Below, one piece after another: positions 54,891-64,000 of a DNA stretch of 64,000 bases (position 1 is the first letter of the stretch; the number at the start of each line of letters is the position of its first letter). Below the pieces are notes generated by a model, which made no database searches, was not told where the DNA came from, and saw nothing but the letters and a program-made list of their open reading frames with translations. Source of the DNA: Aquabacterium sp. (lineage in GTDB: Bacteria > Pseudomonadota > Gammaproteobacteria > Burkholderiales > Burkholderiaceae_C); NCBI RefSeq assembly GCF_028689755.1, contig NZ_JAQVCO010000001.1; one strand, written 5' to 3'. The position numbers and the translations under genes are program-made.

Positions 54891-55745
54891 ATGACCGATT
54901 CTTTCCTTCAACGTCCCGCGCGCCTGCGCAGCACCCAGTTGGTCACCTCGCGTGACAACCCGCTGGTGCAGCGCTTGCGTCGTCTCAGCCAGGACCCGGT
55001 GGCCTACCGCAAACAAGGCGAGGTCTGGCTGGAGGGCGATCACCTGTGCGAAGCCTGCCTACAGCGCGGCATTGAAGTGGGCTTGGCCGTGGTGGCCGAG
55101 AGCGCCTGGTTGGGTGAACATGGTGTGGCAGCCGGTGGCGACGCACAGGCGGTGCGTCTGAGTGCCCTGGCGCGACAGGCCGAGAAGGTCGTGGTGGTGC
55201 CTGAGGCCTTGTGGAAGACCTTCACCGGCCTGGAATCCCCTGCGCGGATCGGCTTTGTGTTGACCCGCCCCGCGGCCGATGCGGCCGAGAGTGCATTGCG
55301 TGCTGGTGTGCCCACCGTGGTGCTGGATCGGGTGCAGGATGCCGGCAATGTGGGCAGCATCTTGCGCAGTGCGTCGGCCATGGGCGTGGCACAGGTGGTG
55401 GCGCTCAAGGGGACGGCCGGCTTGTGGTCGCCCAAGGTGCTGCGTGCGGGCATGGGCGCGCATTTCGCCTTGCATCTGGTGGAACAGGTCTTGCCAGAGG
55501 CCTTGTCTGAGCTGAAGGTGCCCCTGGTGGCCACGAGTTCCCACACCGAGCATCAATTGCCGACCGTGGCCCTGCCTGAGCCTTGCGCCTGGGTCATGGG
55601 GCATGAAGGGCAGGGGGTGGGCGAGGCCGTCATGAGCCAGTGCGCCTTGAAGGTGGCCATTCCCCAACCCGGTGGGGAGGAGTCGCTCAACGTGGCGGCC
55701 GCCGCAGCCGTCTGCCTGTATGAGTCGATGCGACGGCGTCTGTGA
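54891..55745 (+). CDS. TrmH/SpoU family RNA methyltransferase
   Basis: LDRVQDAGNVGSILR, SPKVLRAGMGAHF, MGHEGQG, ESLNVAAA; start set at ATG 54891. Confidence 0.92.
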   Translation: MTDSFLQRPARLRSTQLVTSRDNPLVQRLRRLSQDPVAYRKQGEVWLEGDHLCEACLQRGIEVGLAVVAESAWLGEHGVAAGGDAQAVRLSALARQAEKVVVVPEALWKTFTGLESPARIGFVLTRPAADAAESALRAGVPTVVLDRVQDAGNVGSILRSASAMGVAQVVALKGTAGLWSPKVLRAGMGAHFALHLVEQVLPEALSELKVPLVATSSHTEHQLPTVALPEPCAWVMGHEGQGVGEAVMSQCALKVAIPQPGGEESLNVAAAAAVCLYESMRRRL

Positions 55746-55896
55746 ACCCGTGGTGTCGAGCCAGACTCGATGCCATGTGTGCGGCATGGGTTTGATGGGC
55801 GAACGTTCTCGGCGGTCGCCCTACAATGTGGTGAAAACTGACACACCCTCTGCGTGACGCCATCGGGCGCGTCGGCATGGTGAACATGGAGGATGC

Positions 55897-56592
55897 ATGG
55901 ACCGTTCAATGAAACCCCTGGATGTGGTGTACGGCTCGGCTGCGGCCGGTGACCGTCAGCGCGTGCTGCGCAACACCTATGCGCTCTTGGCCTTGTCGAT
56001 GCTGCCCACGGTGCTCGGCGCCTGGCTCGGTGTGGTCATGGGCTTCAGCTTTTTCGCGGGCAGCCCCTTCATTGGCCTGATGGTCTTCATGGGGGTGGCC
56101 TTCGGGTTTTTCTTTGCCATCGAGAAGTTCAAGAACTCTGGCTTGGGCGTCGTGCTGCTGCTGGGCTTCACCTTTTTCATGGGCCTGATGCTCTCTCGCA
56201 TGCTGGGCCATGTGCTGGGGCTGTCCAATGGCGCGTCGCTGATCGCCACGGCGTTTGGCGGCACGGCCTTGGTGTTCGGTGGCATGGCCACCCTGGCATC
56301 GACCATGAAGCGCGACGTGTCCAGCCTGGGCAAGTGGCTGTTCGTGGGCTTGATGGTCATGATCGTGGCCGCCGTGGCCAACATCTGGTTGCAGATGCCC
56401 GCGCTCTATCTGGCTCTGTCGGCCATGGGCGTGGTGATTTTCTCGGCCTTCATCCTGTATGACCTCAAGCGCATCATTGATGGTGGCGAAACCAATTACG
56501 TGACGGCGACCCTGTCGGTGTACCTCAGTGTGTACAACCTGTTTTCGTCGCTGTTGCACCTGCTCACGGCCCTGGGGGGCGGTGACGACTGA
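55897..56592 (+). CDS. yccA: Bax inhibitor-1/YccA family membrane protein
   Basis: RVLRNTYALL, seven hydrophobic segments, GGETNYV.AT..YL..YNLF. Confidence 0.9.
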   Translation: MDRSMKPLDVVYGSAAAGDRQRVLRNTYALLALSMLPTVLGAWLGVVMGFSFFAGSPFIGLMVFMGVAFGFFFAIEKFKNSGLGVVLLLGFTFFMGLMLSRMLGHVLGLSNGASLIATAFGGTALVFGGMATLASTMKRDVSSLGKWLFVGLMVMIVAAVANIWLQMPALYLALSAMGVVIFSAFILYDLKRIIDGGETNYVTATLSVYLSVYNLFSSLLHLLTALGGGDD

Positions 56593-56702
56593 GTCGCGTC
56601 ACCCTCGCTTGAATGAGCCCGCCCTGGCTTGGAGCCCTGGCGGGCTTGTTTTTGGGCGATTGGATACCATGTGGGGTAGAACATTCCCACGCAGGAGATC
56701 TC

Positions 56703-57140
56703 ATGAGCGAGTCTGTCGAACTGGTCTGTCCGCACTGTCAGGCCATCAACCGCGTCCCGGCGGCACGCCTGGGCGACGCGCCGCAATGCGGTCAGTGCCA
56801 CCAGCCGGTTTTGCCGCCACACCCGGTTGAGCTCACCCAGCCCAGCTTCGAGCGCTTCATCACGCGCAATCAACTGCCTGTGCTGGTCGATTTCTGGGCG
56901 CCCTGGTGTGGGCCGTGCAAGATGTTTGCCCCGGTGTTTGCCCAGATGGCAGGCACGTATGCCAGTCGTGTGCGCTTTGCCAAGGTCAACACCGAGGTGG
57001 AGCAGGGCATTGCCGCCACCTACCAGATCCGCAGCATCCCCACTCTGGCTTTGTTCAAGCAGGGCAAGGAAGTGGACCGGGTGTCCGGCGCATTGCCGCC
57101 GGCCCAGTTACAGGCCTGGCTGGCGCGTCACGGACTTTGA
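56703..57140 (+). CDS. trxC: Thioredoxin 2 (Zn-finger thioredoxin)
   Basis: N-terminal CPHC...CGQC and active site WCGPC; AGGAG RBS before ATG 56703. Confidence 0.93.
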   Translation: MSESVELVCPHCQAINRVPAARLGDAPQCGQCHQPVLPPHPVELTQPSFERFITRNQLPVLVDFWAPWCGPCKMFAPVFAQMAGTYASRVRFAKVNTEVEQGIAATYQIRSIPTLALFKQGKEVDRVSGALPPAQLQAWLARHGL

Positions 57141-57149
57141 TCCCCGGGG

Positions 57150-58586
57150 TCAGTACTGGTCGCCTTCGCCGAGGTAGGTGCCGGGGGCCAGGTTCTCGAA
57201 GCGGGTGTTGGACTTCAGGAAAGCCAGGTGCAGGCTGCCCACCGGGCCGTTACGCTGCTTGCCGATGATGATCTCGGCGATGCCAGGCACCTTGGATTCC
57301 TTGTTGTAGTACTCGTCGCGGTAGATGAACATGATCACGTCCGCATCCTGTTCGATGGCGCCCGATTCCCGCAGGTCGGACATCATGGGACGCTTGTCTG
57401 GTCGTGTTTCCACCGAGCGGTTGAGCTGGGACAGGGCGATCACCGGGCACTGCAGCTCCTTCGCCAGGGCTTTCAGACCCCGCGAGATTTCACCGATCAC
57501 GGTGGCGCGGTTTTCTTCATTGCCGCCCGAGCCGCTCATCAGCTGCAGGTAGTCGACGATGATCAGGCCCAGGGTGCCGCCAAACTGGCGGGCCAGACGC
57601 CGCGCCCGCGCGCGCAACTCGTTGGGTGACAGACCGGGCGTCTCGTCGATGAAGACGTTGGCGGTCCGCAGCTTCTCCACCGTTTCACTCAGGCGGCCCC
57701 ATTCGTCGTCGGTGAGGCGGCCGGTGCGCAGGTTCTGCTGGTTGATGCGGCCAATCGAGCCGACCATCCGCAGCGCCAGTTGCGAGGCGCCCATTTCCAT
57801 GGAGAACACCGCGACGGGCAAGCCCTCGTTGACTGCCACGTTCTCGCCAATGTTCAGCGCGAAAGCGGTTTTACCCATCGACGGGCGGGCGGCCAGGATG
57901 ATCAGGTCGCCCTTTTGCAGCCCGGCGGTCATCTTGTCCATGTCGATGAAGCCGGTGCGCACGCCGGTCACGTCCTCGGCGCCGTTGTCGGCCAGTTCGG
58001 TGACGCGGTCCAGCAGATCGACCACCAGCCCGTCCATCGAGAAGAAGCCTTGCTTGTTGCGGCTGCCTTCCTCGCCGATCTTCATGATCTTGGCTTCGGC
58101 CTCGTCCAGCATGTCGGAGACGCTTCTGCCCTGAGGGTTGAAGGCGTTTGTGGCGATCTCGTTGCTGGCCGTGACCAGTTTGCGCAGCACGGCACGCTCG
58201 CGCACGATCTCGGCGTAGCGGCGCATGTTGGCCGCGCTGGGCACCGACTGCGCCAAGGCGTTCAGATAGCCCAGGCCGCCCACTTCCGCGCCCTTGCCCT
58301 GCATCTGCAACTGCTCGAACACCGTGATCACGTCGGCCGGCTTGGAGGCACTGACCAGTTGCTCGATCGCCTTGAAGATCAACTGGTGCTCATGGCGGTA
58401 GAAGTCGCCATCGTGCAGCAGGTCGGAGGCACGGTCCCAGGCACTGTTGTCCAGCAGCAAGCCACCCAGCACGCTCTGCTCGGCCTCGATGGAGTGCGGA
58501 GGAACGCGGAGCTTGGCGACTTCGTCACTGCTGAGTGAGTCGGTCACATCTCGGGCGGAGAAGGGTGTGGGGAATGCGGCGGCCAT
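57150..58586 (-). CDS. dnaB: Replicative DNA helicase
   Basis: PPHSIEAEQSVLG, ARPSMGKT, DYLQL, SQLNR, DLRESGAIEQDAD; no intein. Confidence 0.98.
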   Translation of the reverse strand: MAAAFPTPFSARDVTDSLSSDEVAKLRVPPHSIEAEQSVLGGLLLDNSAWDRASDLLHDGDFYRHEHQLIFKAIEQLVSASKPADVITVFEQLQMQGKGAEVGGLGYLNALAQSVPSAANMRRYAEIVRERAVLRKLVTASNEIATNAFNPQGRSVSDMLDEAEAKIMKIGEEGSRNKQGFFSMDGLVVDLLDRVTELADNGAEDVTGVRTGFIDMDKMTAGLQKGDLIILAARPSMGKTAFALNIGENVAVNEGLPVAVFSMEMGASQLALRMVGSIGRINQQNLRTGRLTDDEWGRLSETVEKLRTANVFIDETPGLSPNELRARARRLARQFGGTLGLIIVDYLQLMSGSGGNEENRATVIGEISRGLKALAKELQCPVIALSQLNRSVETRPDKRPMMSDLRESGAIEQDADVIMFIYRDEYYNKESKVPGIAEIIIGKQRNGPVGSLHLAFLKSNTRFENLAPGTYLGEGDQY

Positions 58587-58619
58587 GGCTCAATGATAAA
58601 AGCGGAGCGGTGCTCAGCC

Positions 58620-58640
58620 TGTGGACAAGTCTGTGGGCAG
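58620..58640. promoter_or_regulatory. Two DnaA-box-like 9-mers upstream of dnaB
   Basis: TGTGGACAA (58620-28, one mismatch to TGTGGATAA) and degenerate TGTGGGCAG (58632-40), same orientation, 3 bp apart. Confidence 0.4.
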
Positions 58641-58681
58641 CCTTGGGAAATGCTGGGGACTTTGCGGGATAAGTCCGGGCC

Positions 58682-58714
58682 ACAAACAACAAAGCCGGCG
58701 GTGAGGCCGGCTTT
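58682..58714 (-). terminator. Terminator of the rpsF-priB-rpsR-rplI operon
   Basis: Minus strand AAAGCCGGC-CTCACC-GCCGGCTTT followed by GTTGTTTGT. Confidence 0.7.
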
Positions 58715-58774
58715 GGGTGAAACCGGCCGAAACCGGATTCAGGCGATGGTGTGAATCGCGTGAAAGGTGAAACC

Positions 58775-59227
58775 TTAAGCGGCTTCGCCAACCACGGCGA
58801 CGGTCACGTCCACAACCACGTCGGTGTGCAGGGACACCGACACAGCGTGCTCGCCCGTGGTCTTCAGGGGACCGTGGGGCAGGCGGATCTGGTGCTTGGC
58901 CACTTCGAAGCCGGCAGCCTTCAGGCCATCAGCGATGTCGTGGTTGGTCACGGAACCGAACAGGCGGCCGTCAACGCCAGCCTTTTGGCTCACGGTGATG
59001 GTCTTGCCGTTCAGCTTCTCACCAACTGCTTGCGCAGCGGCCAGCTTCTCGGCTTGAGCCTTTTCCAGCTCGGCACGACGGGCTTCGAATTCGGCGATGG
59101 CCTTTTCGGTGGCACGACGAGCTTGACGGGTCGGGATCAGGAAGTTACGGGCGTAGCCGTCCTTGACCTTGACCACATCACCCAGGTTGCCCAGGTTGGC
59201 GACTTTTTCGAGGAGGATGATTTGCAT
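58775..59227 (-). CDS. rplI: 50S ribosomal protein L9
   Basis: [40 protein letters not shown]. Confidence 0.99.
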   Translation of the reverse strand: MQIILLEKVANLGNLGDVVKVKDGYARNFLIPTRQARRATEKAIAEFEARRAELEKAQAEKLAAAQAVGEKLNGKTITVSQKAGVDGRLFGSVTNHDIADGLKAAGFEVAKHQIRLPHGPLKTTGEHAVSVSLHTDVVVDVTVAVVGEAA

Positions 59228-59239
59228 GACGAGGACTCC

Positions 59240-59533
59240 TTAGACGCGGTGCTGGTCGCTGTACGGCAGCAGAGCCAGGAAGCGAGCACGCTTGATGGCG
59301 TTGGTCAGCTGACGTTGGTAGATCGCGCGGGTGCCGGTCAGGCGTGCGGGGATGATCTTGCCGTTTTCAGCGATGAAGTCGCGCAGCGTGTCAACGTCCT
59401 TGTAGTCGATCTGTTCGACGTTGGCGACGGTGAAGCGGCAGAAGCGCTTGCGGCGGAACAGCAGGGATTGCGTGTTGCGCTTGCCCTTGCGGTCTTTGGA
59501 GAACTTGCCGTTCTTGGAGCGTGGAGCAGCCAT
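59240..59533 (-). CDS. rpsR: 30S ribosomal protein S18
   Basis: [38 protein letters not shown]. Confidence 0.99.
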   Translation of the reverse strand: MAAPRSKNGKFSKDRKGKRNTQSLLFRRKRFCRFTVANVEQIDYKDVDTLRDFIAENGKIIPARLTGTRAIYQRQLTNAIKRARFLALLPYSDQHRV

Positions 59534-59563
59534 GAGAACCTCTCAGTATCCGATTGGATGTGT

Positions 59564-59854
59564 TTAAACGATGTCGTTGAGTTCGGTGATGTGCAGAAGC
59601 ACGCCACGTCCGGTGCGCGGAGCCCCGAGAAAACCAGCCAACCCGAAGGTCAAGCCAATTTCTTGCCGATTCAGCTTCTCGGCCATGGGGCCAAGGGCAA
59701 CTGCCTTGATGTCCAGCTTGACCTTGCGGTTTTGCTGGGCCTCGGTCACCTCGGATTCGTGCTGTAGCACAAGGTCGAGGGCGGGCAGGCCGGCGGGGGT
59801 GTATCTCAGCGCTTTGCGTTCAATGATCTGTGCAGACAGCAGGACGCGGTTCAT
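59564..59854 (-). CDS. priB: Primosomal replication protein N
   Basis: MNRVLLSA, LRYTPAGLP, LQHES; located between rpsF and rpsR. Confidence 0.92.
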   Translation of the reverse strand: MNRVLLSAQIIERKALRYTPAGLPALDLVLQHESEVTEAQQNRKVKLDIKAVALGPMAEKLNRQEIGLTFGLAGFLGAPRTGRGVLLHITELNDIV

Positions 59855-59907
59855 GCAGTCAATCGGTGAACGGGTGGACGCGGTGCCTGGACGCCTTGCG
59901 GCATCAA

Positions 59908-60273
59908 TCAGGCAGCGGCTTGGTCCTGCTGGGCCTTGCGGGCCTCTTCACGCTCAACTTGCTTCATCATCACGGAAGGAGCGGTCTCAGCCTTGTCCTT
60001 CAGCACGGTCAGGTGACGCAGCACGGCGTCATTGAACTTGAAGCCGGTTTCGATTTCAGCCAGGGTGTCCTTGCTGATTTCGACGTTTAGGCACAGGTAG
60101 TGAGCCTTGGCGAGCTTGTTGATCTGGTAAGCCAGTTGACGGCGGCCCCAGTCTTCAACACGGTGAACCTGGCCACCGGTGGTGGTGATCAGGGTCTTGT
60201 AGCGCTCGAGCATGGCCGGCACTTGTTCGCTTTGATCCGGGTGGATCAGCACGATGATTTCGTAGTGACGCAT
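59908..60273 (-). CDS. rpsF: 30S ribosomal protein S6
   Basis: [37 protein letters not shown]. Confidence 0.99.
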   Translation of the reverse strand: MRHYEIIVLIHPDQSEQVPAMLERYKTLITTTGGQVHRVEDWGRRQLAYQINKLAKAHYLCLNVEISKDTLAEIETGFKFNDAVLRHLTVLKDKAETAPSVMMKQVEREEARKAQQDQAAA

Positions 60274-60340
60274 GGAAACTCCTTGTGGATTCCAGTTGAT
60301 GGAAGCCGTCGCGAAGCGTCAAACCCGCAAACGGCAAGGG
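60274..60340 (-). ncRNA. Probable S6:S18 autoregulatory leader of rpsF
   Basis: Minus strand CCTTG can pair with CAAGG of the AAGGAG SD, with a CCA (CCR-type) motif just before it, resembling the known rpsF leader. Confidence 0.55.
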
Positions 60341-60385
60341 CTGCCCCTGGCTTTGAATCCCTGGGCAACATTCAGGTAACCCGCG

Positions 60386-60394
60386 ATTATAGCA
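60386..60394 (-). promoter_or_regulatory. Extended -10 promoter (TGcTATAAT) of the rpsF operon
   Basis: Perfect TGN-TATAAT on the minus strand followed by GC-rich CGCGGG discriminator. Confidence 0.7.
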
Positions 60395-60479
60395 ATGAAA
60401 ACGCCACCCGTGGGTGGCGTGCGTGTGAGTCAGCTCAAATGGCGCCTCCCAAGGGGAAGCGCCTTCGTGGATTCAAGGC

Positions 60480-62885
<2,406 letters not shown>

Positions 62886-63124
62886 AGAAAAGCTCCAGGA
62901 TGGTGAAAAAATCTGGCGTTGCCTTGTCCGATGTCGCAAAGAGGCCTGGAGTTCTATTTGTATGGCCTGGGTGCGAAAGAGCTGGGGCGGGGCATCAATG
63001 TGCGACATTGTACGGTCAGGCCTATGATCCGGCTTTGTCTGTTTCCAATTCCAGGGCTCGCAACTCGGTGGTGACCTTGAGGTGTGTTTCGCACCCCCGT
63101 CACTGTTCAGTGCCCCACCAATTC

Positions 63125-63943
63125 ATGTCCGACCGCACCGTTTTCTTCATCTCCGATGGCACCGGCATCACCGCCGAAACCATGGGCAACTCCATCCTGG
63201 CGCAGTTCGCCATCAAGCCGCGTCACATCCGTCGGCCCTTCATCGATTCGGTGGACAAGGCCTACCAGGTGGTGCGCGAGATCAATGCCACCGGTGTGCG
63301 CGAGGGCAAGCGTCCCATTGTGTTCATCACCATGGCCAACGACGACGTGATGCCCATCCTCAAGACCTGCGAGGGCAAGGTGTTCGACGTGATCCAGACC
63401 TTCGTGATCCCGCTCGAAGAAGAGTTCAACATGAAGTCCAACCACCGGGTGGGGCGTTTCAGTGATCCGAGCCAGGACCGGGGGTACAACGATCGCATCG
63501 AGGCGATCAACTTTGCCCTGGAGCACGACGACGGTCAGTCGGCGCGCAGCCTGGACACCGCCGATGTGGTGCTGGTGGGGGTGAGCCGTTGCGGCAAGAC
63601 GCCCACGTCGCTCTACCTGGCCATGCAGCATGGGGTCAAGGCCGCCAACGTGCCCCTCATTCCCGAAGACTTTGACCGCGGCTTTCTGCCGACGATGCTC
63701 AAGCCCTACAAGAAGAAGTGCTTCGGTTTGACCATCGACCCGCAGCGCTTGAGCCAGATCCGCAACGAGCGGCGCCCGAACAGCAAATATGCCAGCCTGG
63801 AAAACTGCCGGTTCGAGGTGAACCAGGCCGAGGCGATGATGCGCCGCGAGGGCATTGACTGGCTGTCGTCCACCCACAAGTCCATTGAAGAAATTGCGAC
63901 CACTATTTTGCGTGACATCCGTCCAGATCGGTTGATGTACTGA
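63125..63943 (+). CDS. ppsR: PEP synthase regulatory kinase/phosphotransferase (DUF299)
   Basis: FFISDGTGITAE, RIEAINFALEHDDG, GVSRCGKTPTSLYLA; divergent from ppsA; start set at ATG 63125. Confidence 0.95.
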   Translation: MSDRTVFFISDGTGITAETMGNSILAQFAIKPRHIRRPFIDSVDKAYQVVREINATGVREGKRPIVFITMANDDVMPILKTCEGKVFDVIQTFVIPLEEEFNMKSNHRVGRFSDPSQDRGYNDRIEAINFALEHDDGQSARSLDTADVVLVGVSRCGKTPTSLYLAMQHGVKAANVPLIPEDFDRGFLPTMLKPYKKKCFGLTIDPQRLSQIRNERRPNSKYASLENCRFEVNQAEAMMRREGIDWLSSTHKSIEEIATTILRDIRPDRLMY

Positions 63944-64000
63944 TGAACCAAGCTAACAAACCACCGGTGTCGGACACGACCCTGCCATCCCCCGTCGTCG

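Overview
High-GC betaproteobacterial (Burkholderiales-like, inferred from gene order and protein sequences) core chromosome, almost all housekeeping. Order: STAS-domain protein/dksA/COG0523 GTPase; corC-lnt-glyQS-gmhB-M48 peptidase; MBL hydrolase; can-aceK; bamD/rluD; scpB-rluB-ndk-rlmN-pilW-rodZ-ispG-hisS-yfgM-bamB-der-hfq-hflXKC-DUF2065-hisZ-purA-PRTase; two identical tRNA-Leu(CAG); rnr; rpsB-tsf-pyrH-frr-uppS-cdsA-dxr-rseP-bamA-skp-lpxD-fabZ-lpxA-lpxB-rnhB-TrmH; yccA, trxC; dnaB and rpsF-priB-rpsR-rplI (minus); ppsA/ppsR. I saw no mobile element, prophage, CRISPR array or pseudogene. The best unexplained signals are: (i) a ~220-nt multi-hairpin structured element between rluD and scpB that I cannot assign to a known RNA family; (ii) an RluB with very long low-complexity RNA-binding-like arms; (iii) an uncharacterised TPR-like/double-STAS protein downstream of a Zn-finger-less DksA; (iv) four genes with a -10 hexamer exactly 6 nt before the ATG (leaderless-mRNA pattern); (v) DnaA-box-like sites upstream of dnaB. 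All structures were folded by eye and no database search was run. Several start codons were moved from the ORF track to the most plausible start and are approximate.
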